64,000 nt of DNA, taken from contig JAGWWK010000002.1 in NCBI GenBank assembly GCA_018970425.1, positions 7,891 to 71,890 of the forward strand. The letters run 5' to 3'. The notes below the pieces were generated by a model, which did no database searches, had not been told where the DNA came from, and worked only from the letters and a program-made list of their open reading frames with translations. This DNA comes from Patescibacteria group bacterium (GTDB taxonomy: Bacteria; Patescibacteriota; Minisyncoccia; Phycocordibacterales; Phycocordibacteraceae). This document shows positions 37,865 to 47,500 of the stretch, one piece after another (position 1 is the first letter of the stretch; every line of letters begins with the position of its first letter). Made by a program: the position numbers and the translations under genes.

Positions 37865-38090
37865 ACAGAGTATAGATAAAATTTTGTAAAAATCGACCTC
37901 CAAAAAAACAAAATCCCTTCCGTTTGGAAGGGGCTTGTGAGTTCTTGGCGTTATGTCGTTGACTAACGCGTCACACAAGCCCCCTCCGTGAGGGTAATTG
38001 CAGCAAAGGCAATCTGAGCTCGTGTGCCGTGTGTAACCGACATGCAGGTGATGATAGCAAGAAATTATTTTTCTAGTCAACGCATCAGTT

Positions 38091-39263
38091 GTGGATTATA
38101 CTTTCTACATGGACATACGCATTCCGCGCGATGAAGAAGAGCGGCTCCGCGCACATCTTGCCGCACGCACCGATGCTGAGGCGCGCCGTATAGAGCGCTA
38201 CCTAGCAATGCCCGACCTCTCTCGCACACCCGGATCTCCGTTATATGAAATCGTATCGCGCGTTTCGAGCGCACCGGTATTCAAACATTTTGACATCATT
38301 ACCATTCCTGAAATCGTTCCGACTGACGTTTCCTTTGACTTGTTTGACTTCCCTCCGAACCATCCCGCGCGTTCGTCCTCAGACACATATTACATCGATG
38401 AAAAAAATATTTTACGCACACACGACACAGTATTTTGGTACTACTATCTGAACGACCCAGCCGTTAAGGAGCGCATCGCGCGCGGCGAGGCTATGGGAGC
38501 ACTCTGCTACGGAAAGGTGTACCGCAAGGATGAGGTAGACAGTCGCCACATGAACGTCTTCCATCAGTTTGGCGGTTGGTACATCGCGCCTACGAGTACT
38601 GCTGTCGAGCCAGCTGATCTCCATAACGCACTCGGAGAGATCGTGCATGCGGTGTTTGGCCCAAGCATGCAGTATCGCATCAATCCAGATACTTTCCCGT
38701 ACACGGACCCATCATACGAGGTCGAGCTTTATGTAAAAGGCACCGCGGCAGAGGGTCCAGCTCGCGGCGACTGGCTCGAGATTGTCGGGTCGGGTATGCC
38801 CAAAATGACGGTTCTCAAAAAAATGGGAGTTGAGGGATACCATGGCTGGGCGTTCGGATTCGGTCTTGAGCGACTGGCTATCGCATCGATGGCCCTGCCG
38901 GACATTCGCCTCTTATGGTCTGACGACGCACGAATAAAAAAACAGCTCGTACTCGGTCACGCATTTAAGGATGTTTCAAAGTTCCCTCCAGCCGTTCGCG
39001 ACATCTCGTTTGTGGTACCGAAAACATTTGTACCGAACGACTACTTCGACACCGTGCGCGAAATCGCCGGAGACTTGGTCGAAGAAGTGGCACTCATCGA
39101 CAAGTATGAAAACGATTCGAAGTTTGGCGCTGACAAAATGAGCTACGCCTATCGCATTACGTACCGTTCCATCGAGCGAACACTTACCGGTGACGAAGTC
39201 GAGACGCTCCACAAAAAAATTGAAGCCGCAACGGTCTCAGAATTCGGCGCCTCGATCCGCTAG
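38091..39263 (+). CDS. pheS: Phenylalanyl-tRNA synthetase alpha subunit, with an N-terminal extension
   Basis: Class II motifs (FDFPPNHPARSSSDTYY, motif 2 and 3 regions, GWAFGFGLERLAI); TATACT box 8 nt upstream; no adjacent pheT. Confidence 0.9.
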   Translation: MDYTFYMDIRIPRDEEERLRAHLAARTDAEARRIERYLAMPDLSRTPGSPLYEIVSRVSSAPVFKHFDIITIPEIVPTDVSFDLFDFPPNHPARSSSDTYYIDEKNILRTHDTVFWYYYLNDPAVKERIARGEAMGALCYGKVYRKDEVDSRHMNVFHQFGGWYIAPTSTAVEPADLHNALGEIVHAVFGPSMQYRINPDTFPYTDPSYEVELYVKGTAAEGPARGDWLEIVGSGMPKMTVLKKMGVEGYHGWAFGFGLERLAIASMALPDIRLLWSDDARIKKQLVLGHAFKDVSKFPPAVRDISFVVPKTFVPNDYFDTVREIAGDLVEEVALIDKYENDSKFGADKMSYAYRITYRSIERTLTGDEVETLHKKIEAATVSEFGASIR

Positions 39264-39296
39264 AATCGAGAGCGCTTCTCTGCTACAATCACTGCC

Positions 39297-40526
39297 ATGA
39301 CCGAGGCGGCGCTCTACGTCACGTTGTTTCTTGCGCTGTATTTTCAGACCTTCGCGCTCCTGACGTTTTTATCGAAAGATGCTCGTCAGCGCCGTACAAA
39401 AGTACGCCTAGAGAGCGACTTTCCGCGTGTTGCAGTCATCGTTCCCTGCTGGAATGAAGAAACGACCATTCGCGGCACAGTCGAGTCACTCCTCGCGCTC
39501 GACTACCCGAGGGAGAAGCTCGAACTCATTTTGGTAAATGACGGATCGACCGACAACACTGCCCGCGTGCTCAATGAGTACCGCGCACACCCAATGATCA
39601 GCGTGATCCATAAACAAAACGGCGGTAAGCACTCCGCGGTGAACCTCGGCGCGGCCCGCACCAGAGCAGAGTTTATCGGCTGCCTTGATGCCGACTCGTT
39701 TGTGCACCCGGGAGCTCTGAAAGAGGTGCTGGCGCACTTTGATGACCCGCGAGTCGCATCAGTCACGGCGTCTATGACCGTGCATGAGCCACGTACTATT
39801 CTTGAGCGTATGCAGTACGCCGAGTACCTCGCGGGAGTTGCATTACGGCACATCCTCGCGACGGTAAACGGTCTGTACGTCACGCCTGGTCCATTCTCGT
39901 TTTACCGCGCATCCATCATTCGGAAACTTGGTGGGTTCCGTCACGGTCACCAAACCGAAGACATGGAAATGGCAATGCGTCTCCAGCGTCATGGCTATCG
40001 TATTGAAAACGCTCCGCGCGCGCAGGTATTCACCAAGGCACCAAAAACTGTGTGGAAGCTGGTCAAACAGCGTACGCGTTGGACCTCCGGCTTTATCAGA
40101 AACGCGTACGACTACCGCGACCTCATGTTCAATCATAACTATGGCGTCCTCGGACTCCTCGTACTGCCGCTCGGTGTTCTTGCGCTCATTTCAGCAATGG
40201 GACTCACTGTACTCGCAATCACTGATACCTCGCGCATGGTCGCGACAGCGCTCCGCACGCAGGGCGATGTCCCATGGTCATTCGCGTTTTCCGCGCCACG
40301 CATGGATTGGTTTTACGCCCCTATAACGGAAGCTCTTGTTCTTTCTATTGTCGGTATTGCGACAGTGACCGCAATTATGTACATTGGCAAAGCGATTTCG
40401 GGTGCCCAAAAGCCGATCGCGCAAGATATTCTCTGGTATTTGGCATGCTACTCGCTCGTCGCGCCGATCTGGGTCTTCAGGTCAGCTGCCTACGTTGCGC
40501 TCGGCGTCCGGAATGCCTGGCGCTAA
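39297..40526 (+). CDS. Family-2 glycosyltransferase, membrane-bound processive type (cellulose/chitin/PNAG-synthase-like)
   Basis: VAVIVPCWNEE, DGSTD, DADS, C-terminal QRTRWTSG (QxxRW) and TM helices. Confidence 0.85.
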   Translation: MTEAALYVTLFLALYFQTFALLTFLSKDARQRRTKVRLESDFPRVAVIVPCWNEETTIRGTVESLLALDYPREKLELILVNDGSTDNTARVLNEYRAHPMISVIHKQNGGKHSAVNLGAARTRAEFIGCLDADSFVHPGALKEVLAHFDDPRVASVTASMTVHEPRTILERMQYAEYLAGVALRHILATVNGLYVTPGPFSFYRASIIRKLGGFRHGHQTEDMEMAMRLQRHGYRIENAPRAQVFTKAPKTVWKLVKQRTRWTSGFIRNAYDYRDLMFNHNYGVLGLLVLPLGVLALISAMGLTVLAITDTSRMVATALRTQGDVPWSFAFSAPRMDWFYAPITEALVLSIVGIATVTAIMYIGKAISGAQKPIAQDILWYLACYSLVAPIWVFRSAAYVALGVRNAWR

Positions 40527-40527
40527 T

Positions 40528-41199
40528 ATGACACCATTTCAAAACGCTCTCGCTGCCCTCGGTATTACCGTAGCCCTGTTTGGTACGGTCGTCTTCGCCG
40601 TAGACTACCTGAATGAGCAGCGCATTGCTGAACTCAGCCGAATCGAGGACACTATCACCATCGACACACTCTCTCTTGAAACGCAGTTCGACCTCCTTGC
40701 AGAGGCGCCGTGCCGAGAGGTTTCCGAAGGTAGCGTGCTCTCTGGAGAGCTGAACGATCTCGCCGCCCGGCTATCCTATGCAGAGGAGCGACTAGGCGCA
40801 GACAACGAAGAAGTCACTAAACTAAAAGAGCGCTATACCCTTCTTGAAATAAAAGACTACCTCTTGATGAAGCGTCTTGCCAAGGAGTGTACAAACCTGA
40901 AGCCAGTCTTCGTGCTCTACTTTTACTCAAACAAGGGCGACTGCCCCGGTTGCGCCGAGGCGGGCTATGCACTCTCGTACCTGAGAGAAAAATATCCTGA
41001 ACTCCGCGTGTACGCCTTCGACTACAACCTCGACCTAGGAGCACTCAAAACGCTCCGCTCGGTGCTTCGCATCACGGAACCCCTTCCTGCCTTTGTGATC
41101 AATGGTAAGAACTACAGCGGTATCACCTCACTAGGAGATCTTGAACCGCTCTTGCCGACAGATCTCCTCGCTACCTCGACAGACGCACGACGTCGCTAG
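40528..41199 (+). CDS. Membrane-anchored thioredoxin-fold protein with a CPGC motif
   Basis: N-terminal TM helix, coiled region, CPGC redox motif (DsbA-like / thiol-disulfide oxidoreductase-like). Confidence 0.55.
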   Translation: MTPFQNALAALGITVALFGTVVFAVDYLNEQRIAELSRIEDTITIDTLSLETQFDLLAEAPCREVSEGSVLSGELNDLAARLSYAEERLGADNEEVTKLKERYTLLEIKDYLLMKRLAKECTNLKPVFVLYFYSNKGDCPGCAEAGYALSYLREKYPELRVYAFDYNLDLGALKTLRSVLRITEPLPAFVINGKNYSGITSLGDLEPLLPTDLLATSTDARRR

Positions 41200-41263
41200 C
41201 GCAGTGACATTAAAAACGGTATAGTAGCTGAACGTTGTCGTAGCTACTGCCACGGCATCGTAC

Positions 41264-41339
41264 GCCGCCTTAGCTCAGTTGGTAGAGCAACTCACTTGTA
41301 ATGAGTAGGTCCCCAGTTCGAATCTGGGAGGCGGCTCCA
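41264..41339 (+). tRNA. tRNA-Thr (anticodon TGT), CCA encoded
   Basis: gccgccttagctcagttggtagagcaactcac-ttTGTaa-tgagtaggtccccagttcgaatctgggaggcggctcca. Confidence 0.85.
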
Positions 41340-41359
41340 GACAAATAAAAATAAAAAAG

Positions 41360-41540
41360 ACCTGATCTACGATCGGCCTTCCCTCGCTCGCTCCGTGTAA
41401 GCAATGCTTGCTCCGTTCACTCTCTCGGAAGACCTGATCTACGATCGGCCTTCCCTCGCTCGCTCCGTGTAAGCAATGCTTGCTCCGTTCACTCTCTCGG
41501 AAGACCTGATCTACGATCGGCCTTCCCTCGCTCGCTCCGG
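41360..41540. repeat. 72-bp tandem repeat, 2.5 copies (unit gacctgatctacgatcggccttccctcgctcgctccgtgtaagcaatgcttgctccgttcactctctcggaa)
   Basis: Exact tandem copies read directly; each unit has an internal hairpin (agcaa tgc ttgct); the last partial unit overlaps the 3-prime end of the minus-strand ORF. Confidence 0.9.
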
Positions 41541-41891
41541 AGTTATCGTTTTGAGGAATTCTGACACTGGAGCGGCTCCCGTCCGCGGCGCTGAAATCCG
41601 GAGTTTGTACGAGAGCTTCGCAAGAGGGCGCTCAATAGCCCGAATCGCTTCTACCGCACCGTGAATAGAAAGATGTGTCACATCGTGCGCGATGGCGCCA
41701 AGGTACGCACGCCATGAGAGTGGAACACCGCCAAGCACAAGGCGTGGCACGAATGCCGTCACACGTGCGTCGAGTCGTGCGCGCTCAGATTCAAAAAAAC
41801 GGGCTCCGCGCGCTAGTTCCAAACGCCGCACGTACGCAAACGCGAGCATCAGTGATGCCGCGACAAGCATGACGCTGAGGGGCAAAAGCAT
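41511..41891 (-). CDS. Hypothetical membrane-anchored protein (126 aa)
   Basis: ORF downstream of tsf with an N-terminal TM helix; its C-terminus runs into the tandem repeat. Confidence 0.45.
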   Translation of the reverse strand: MLLPLSVMLVAASLMLAFAYVRRLELARGARFFESERARLDARVTAFVPRLVLGGVPLSWRAYLGAIAHDVTHLSIHGAVEAIRAIERPLAKLSYKLRISAPRTGAAPVSEFLKTITPERAREGRS

Positions 41892-41894
41892 ACG

Positions 41895-42476
41895 CTACTT
41901 GGTCGCGTAGCGCTTGAACTCTCCCACGTCAACGCGCTCTCCGAACTTCTGCACGGCGTCGTCTATGAGCTGGCGCACGGTACGCGTATCATCTTTTATG
42001 AACGGCTGCTCCATAAGCACTACGTTCTTGAGGTACGAGTCTACCTTACCGTTTAAAATAGTCTCTCTCAGGCTCTCTGGCTTTCCTTCCACCTCTTTCG
42101 TGTAGAGCGACTTAATTTGTTCAAGCTTTTCTGCCGGAATGTCGGCGCGAGACTTGTACTCTGGGTTTGTCGCTGCGACTTGGAGCGCGATATCGTATGC
42201 AAGCTTTGCAAAGTCCTCGTGCTTTGACACAAAGTCAGTCTCTGAGAGAAGCTCCACGACGGATGCTATTTTCTTGTTTGCGTGCGTGTAGGTAGCAAGC
42301 GTGCCAGACCCAAGCTCGCGGTCGCCTTTTTTATCCGCGATTGCCGATCCTTTTTTTCGAAGAATGAGGAGCGCTTTTTCCATGTCACCGCCCGCCTCTT
42401 CAAGGGCGGCTTTGCACTGCATGACGGAAATGCCCGTCCGCTCGCGGAGCTCCTTCACCGTGTCAGATGAAATCAT
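41895..42476 (-). CDS. tsf: Elongation factor Ts (short form)
   Basis: UBA-like N-terminus (VKELRERTGISVMQCKAALEEAGGDMEKA) and the EF-Ts dimerisation core. Confidence 0.9.
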   Translation of the reverse strand: MISSDTVKELRERTGISVMQCKAALEEAGGDMEKALLILRKKGSAIADKKGDRELGSGTLATYTHANKKIASVVELLSETDFVSKHEDFAKLAYDIALQVAATNPEYKSRADIPAEKLEQIKSLYTKEVEGKPESLRETILNGKVDSYLKNVVLMEQPFIKDDTRTVRQLIDDAVQKFGERVDVGEFKRYATK

Positions 42477-42490
42477 ACTGTTGTAGTATA

Positions 42491-43201
42491 CTACGCTGCC
42501 GCTCCTCGTCCTGCCTCGTACGCGCGCGCGACCTCCGCAAGGAAGTAGCGAACACTCTCCTGTGATGCGTCATTGCCGACCACTGGGTGCGAGACAACGC
42601 TCAAGTCGCAGTCAGAGTTCATTATGCCGATAACTGGGATGCCGAGCTTTTTCGCTTCGAGTACGGCGTTCTCCTCGCGCTTCGTATCAACGACCACAAG
42701 CGCGTCCGGGAGGCGATCCATGCTCACGAGTCCTGTAAAGTTTTCTTCAAGACGCGCGATTTCGCGGTCAATCATGAGGCGCTCTTTCTTCGTGTACTTT
42801 TTCGCGGACACGCCTGACTCGCGCTCGTCGGTGAGCTCCTTCATGCGGTTCATGCGCTTCTTAATTTCAGTGAAGTTTGAGAGCGTTCCGCCAAGCCAGC
42901 GGCCCGCGACAAACGGCATAGCAACCGAGGCTGCTGCCTCTCGAACGATAGATTGCATCTCCGGCTTGCCCGAGACAAAGAGGAGCATCTTACCCTGGCG
43001 GCCCAGTACCTCTACAAACGAGAGTACGTCAGAGAGCATTCCGCTCGTCTTCGTGAGATCGAGGATATCTGTCTTATTCTTGGTGCCGTAAACCAAGTGC
43101 TTCATCGTAGCGTGACGGCGACTGCGCGAGTACCCGAAATGTGCCCCTACCTTAAACAGGGCTTCGACGAGTGGGTTCTGTGCTTGAGACATAGGCCGCA
43201 C
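42491..43201 (-). CDS. rpsB: 30S ribosomal protein S2
   Basis: GAHFGY...LLFVSGKPE...GGTLSNF S2 signature. Confidence 0.95.
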   Translation of the reverse strand: MRPMSQAQNPLVEALFKVGAHFGYSRSRRHATMKHLVYGTKNKTDILDLTKTSGMLSDVLSFVEVLGRQGKMLLFVSGKPEMQSIVREAAASVAMPFVAGRWLGGTLSNFTEIKKRMNRMKELTDERESGVSAKKYTKKERLMIDREIARLEENFTGLVSMDRLPDALVVVDTKREENAVLEAKKLGIPVIGIMNSDCDLSVVSHPVVGNDASQESVRYFLAEVARAYEAGRGAAA

Positions 43202-43210
43202 TGTAGCACA

Positions 43211-44173
43211 TCACTCATCCTCAGGCAACGCCGCCCCGATGCCTCCGGCCTCAGCCGCCTTCTCCTTGAGGGTTTTGATCACTTCATCAAGATCTCCATC
43301 CATAATCCCAGGCAAATTGTGCCAGGATTCCTTAATCCTGTGGTCAGTGAGCCGATCTTGCGGAAAGTTGTATGTTCGTATCTTTTCAGACCGATCTCCC
43401 GTCCCAATCTGAGACTTCCGCGCCTCGGCGTGCTCGCGTGCGGCTTTTTCCTCCTCTAAATTTTCGAGCTTCGCCGCAAGAATCTGCATTGCTTTCTCTC
43501 GGTTAGCAGCCTGCGAGCGCTCCGACTGCGACCTCACCTCAAGTCCGGTCGGGCGGTGTACGAGTCGTACCGCAGTTTCAACCTTGTTAACATTCTGCCC
43601 TCCCGCTCCCCCAGAGCGGGAAAATTCCATATCAAGGTCGGCTGGATTTAAGACAAGCTTTGTATGTTTACGAATCGGCAAGATCGCGACTGATGCCGTC
43701 GAGGTATGGATGCGTCCGCTTTTTTCAGTGGCCGGTATGCGCTGGACTCGGTGCACGCCAGTTTCAAACTGCAGCGCGTCGTACACTCCCTTGCCTTTGA
43801 TTTCAAACGAGCGCAAACCATCGAGGAGCTTTACCTCAAAGCCATGCCGCTCCGCGTATCGCACGTACATACGCGCCAACTCTTCAGCAAACAGCGCCGC
43901 CTCATCCCCTCCTGCCGCGGCTCGAAACTCCATGACCGCAGCCACTGCCTCACGCTCGCTCTCATTCGCGTCATCAAGAATTTTTGCCATCTGACGCATA
44001 AGGTCCCCCTGTGCCGCCTCAAGTGACTGAATCTCCGCGTCAGCAAGCTCTCCGAGCGTTGGGTCAGAGGCTTTAAGCTCGCGCGCGCTACTCAGTTCCG
44101 CACCGAGGCGGTCGTACTCGCTCGCGAGGTACTGCGTGCGGTGGTCCTTTCTAAAATCATCAATAGTTGCCAT
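43211..44173 (-). CDS. prfA: Peptide chain release factor 1
   Basis: GGQ motif (SGGAGGQNVNKVETAVRL) and RF1-type PAT tripeptide (VQRIPATEKSGRIHTS); no frameshift site. Confidence 0.85.
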   Translation of the reverse strand: MATIDDFRKDHRTQYLASEYDRLGAELSSARELKASDPTLGELADAEIQSLEAAQGDLMRQMAKILDDANESEREAVAAVMEFRAAAGGDEAALFAEELARMYVRYAERHGFEVKLLDGLRSFEIKGKGVYDALQFETGVHRVQRIPATEKSGRIHTSTASVAILPIRKHTKLVLNPADLDMEFSRSGGAGGQNVNKVETAVRLVHRPTGLEVRSQSERSQAANREKAMQILAAKLENLEEEKAAREHAEARKSQIGTGDRSEKIRTYNFPQDRLTDHRIKESWHNLPGIMDGDLDEVIKTLKEKAAEAGGIGAALPEDE

Positions 44174-44206
44174 AGAAAAAAGCGCTACCTCAAGTGTAGC
44201 GCACCG

Positions 44207-44470
44207 TTACTTAGCTGAGCCCGTCTTTTTAGACGCGCGAGTCTTGAACCGCTCAACCCGACCTGCGCGGTCTATGGTTACCTTCTTACCAGTATAAAAC
44301 GGGTGCGATGCGGATGAAATTTCAACAACCACGCGGTCGTACTCTTTCCCATCATCCCAGGTCGCCGTACCGGTCCCTTTAACCGTTGAGCCGATCAAAA
44401 ACCGGGTACCTGACTCAACATCATCAAAAATGACGGGGCGAAAGTTCTTCGGGTGAATATCTGCCTTCAT
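44207..44470 (-). CDS. rpmE: 50S ribosomal protein L31, type B (no Cys zinc site)
   Basis: MKADIHPKNF...HPFYTGK L31 signature without CxxC. Confidence 0.85.
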   Translation of the reverse strand: MKADIHPKNFRPVIFDDVESGTRFLIGSTVKGTGTATWDDGKEYDRVVVEISSASHPFYTGKKVTIDRAGRVERFKTRASKKTGSAK

Positions 44471-44509
44471 AGCGAAACGATACCAAAAAACAGGGTCGTG
44501 CGCAAGCCC

Positions 44510-47500
44510 TTACCGCTCCTCGTACCGAGGTGCAAGCTTGACCGATGTAGAGACCGAAACAGTCTGACCACTCTGCATTGAGCGACACGAAAGTGTATAG
44601 GTAGTTTCCCCCGGTATCGCCCCCGTCTCTTGACTACCCGACTCGCCTGCTAGGGTCCATGACGCTCCGCGCGACGATGTTAAGCGGCACGAGTTTTTAA
44701 CAACATCTGCCGCACTCCAGGAGAGCGTTACACTACCCCCTAGGCGCACTGCCGAGCGGCTCGCTGAGAGTGAGAGTGCCGCGGGTACATTACTCTCCTC
44801 AGTTGTATCAGTGCCGGATGAGCACGCTGGGTCCTCAGTATCCACAAGACCATTTCCGTTATTATCTATGCCGTCTTGGCATTGAGTCGGTGTTGCGATA
44901 GTGACTGCGTACCACGCACCACAATTATTTGCCGTGTTTCCTTCCGGCGTGCCGAGTGGCGTGTTCGCGCAGATGCGGACGCGATGCGCGCCGGGTACGG
45001 CGGTCCACGCCTCTGATATGCTCTGCACCGAAGCTTGCGGCGCGAGACCCGTGAGCGTGGGCCCAGTGAGTGTTACGTCAGTTGAGCCGTTCGATCCAAT
45101 ATCAATCTGAAATGCGACAGGAGCAGAACCACTAAACGCGTAGCTTGAGAGGTTTTCCGTAAAGGTGCCCGTGTAGGTAGTGGTTTCCGTTGGCGATACA
45201 CTGCGGGTGCCCTGAGTCGCAGGCGTCACCGACCCAATGCCGCGATCAATCGTAAAGGTCGCGGCGCCCGGCGCAGACCATGCAAGTGATGCCGACTGGC
45301 CTGCGGTGATGATTGACGGAGAGGCAGTCAGGCTGCATTTTGCTCCCTGATTCGGGATAGTGATGGTCGCGCCGCACGTGTCACTGCACGCGGAACGATT
45401 AAAACCTGCGAAGAAATTGTAGTTTTTCTGATTCATTCCTCCATATCCGGTTGTGTAAGAGTCTCGCTGAACAAGTGTCGCTCCCGTAAATGCGCGGTAT
45501 GTGTAGTACGTATTGAAGGGCTGCCCGGTTGGTCCGACGTGTTCGCGCACCTCTACGGAACAGCACCCATTGAGTGGCGTTATTGCCTCGCACGCTGACT
45601 GAATTGACTCAGTACCGAACCCGAACCCGACGCCGTCTTGGATATCATTGTCCGAAGCCACTAAGGTTCCTCCGCTACATTGCATTCCACCTTGAAGTGC
45701 AACCGACGAGTTCACATCTGTTCCAATACAGCGATTTGAGGTCAGTGCATATGTGTGCACGCCCGCGGCGAGTCGTGTCGGGAATGTGTATGAGCCGCTG
45801 AGAGCATACGGCGTGCCCGCGTACCGGCATGAGAGCGTATCGGAAAGATACGGACCCGTGCATCCGGAGAGTGACCGCCAGATTGAGCCGTCATAGGATA
45901 GGTTTGAGGAACTTCCGCAGGTACTCCAGTTTCTTGCCCCCCACGTGTACGCTGTCGCATCGGCTCGTCCTGTAATAAGCGCACACACGCGATCAAGCGT
46001 TGTCTGTGTTGCCGATGCTGACCGCGTACCCTTCACTGTTTCAGGAAAACTAATGCCACCATTTGTTTGCATGTCCTGCTTCACCGCAGTAGATGAAAAG
46101 AACCCGCTTTCGCCCGGACTTACAATAACCTGATTACTACTTCCGGACGCGGGAATGGTCGGAGAACCGCTCGTGAGCGGTCGAACAGATGACACGACTG
46201 TTGCACCGGAGGTTGACCATCGCACCTCCTGTTCACTCAACGTGATTGAGCATCCGCCCTGTGCCGCTAACGCCACTGTCGCTTGGCACTGACCGCCTGC
46301 GGCGAACGCCGGTGGCTCATTGGTAATTGTTCCGAAAAAGCGCACCTGCTTACCGCCGACTAGCTCGCCGCTTTCTACACCCGTAGCGCCGCCCACCAGG
46401 TCAAAGCCAGTTACGGTAAACGAGTAGTCCGGTCCGCAGTTATTGTTTTCATTTATTTCCGAGAGCTGAGAAGTCGGACTATCAGCGCACATGCGCACGC
46501 GGTGCGAACCAAGCGGTACCGGCGACCACACGGGTGATGTCACTCCCGCGACTCCTCCGTATGGAACATCGTACTGCGTGCCCGTCACGGAACGCCACGT
46601 CCCCGCAAAGCATGTACTCCCACTCGGGCATGTGCTCGTTGTTGGATTACTGTAGACAGAAACACCTATTGTGTAAGAACCGAGTGACAATGCATCAGCA
46701 ATGCTAGCAACAAGGCGATTCGTGGCCACTAAGTTAGTACCTCCGCCGCCTCCGCCTCCTCCTCCGCCGCCTCCGCCTCCTCCGCCGCCTCCGCCGCTGG
46801 AGTCCGTACTATAGATAACCGATGCTCCACAACATTGCCCCGGGGAGGAGAGCTGGGTACACAGTGTCCGTACAGTTGAATCCAAGTCACCAGCTCCAAA
46901 GAGAGTGAATGACTCTGTACGCAAGAGCGAGCCGGTCGTACACGTTCTACCATACTCAAGCTGAAGCTCAGTGCCCGTCGAGCCTCCCGTATCGAGCAGA
47001 ACATCATAGCTACCATCCGCGCCTATGTCGACTTGAAAGCGATTACTAAATACTTTCGAAATAGAGTTGTTTCCTATATTTTGCACATTCGCGCTAAAGC
47101 GTATTTCACCAAGCGGAAGTAGAACACCGAGAATAGACGGGAGCGATGCGGTCACATCTGTACTCACGCCTTCTTGTACGATCACGCCACAACCGCTTCC
47201 CGAGCAGATACATGACGATTGCTGGCACGGATCCCCGGTACACGCCGCGGCAATACTCGCACTACCCGACTGCACCGTAAGCGTTGCTACCTTCTCACCA
47301 GTCGTTGTATAGGTTTTTGCCACTGTTGCCTGAGTCCCATACACATCGTCGGTCCCACTCCATGAGTATGTATATGAGCCCGATCCACCACTCACCGCAG
47401 ATGTCCACGACACTGACTGCCCAACCGTAACAGGATTTGGACTCGCACTGCAGGAGACGGTGAACACATTCACCGTAACAGTGCGTGACGCGGTGGCAGT

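Noticed and set aside
37760-38080. Full 106-aa Cys-rich ORF
   Set aside because: The upstream two thirds translate through an AT-rich, hairpin-dense leader with implausible composition. Only the terminal 34-aa zinc-ribbon segment with its own ATG and TATACT box is kept, at low confidence.
37900-38090. T-box riboswitch upstream of pheS
   Set aside because: No T-box consensus (AGGGUGGNACCGCG) or specifier-loop architecture was found. It is reported only as a structured leader.
43211-44173. Release factor 2 with a programmed +1 frameshift
   Set aside because: The protein has the RF1-type PAT tripeptide and a single uninterrupted ORF, so it is called prfA.
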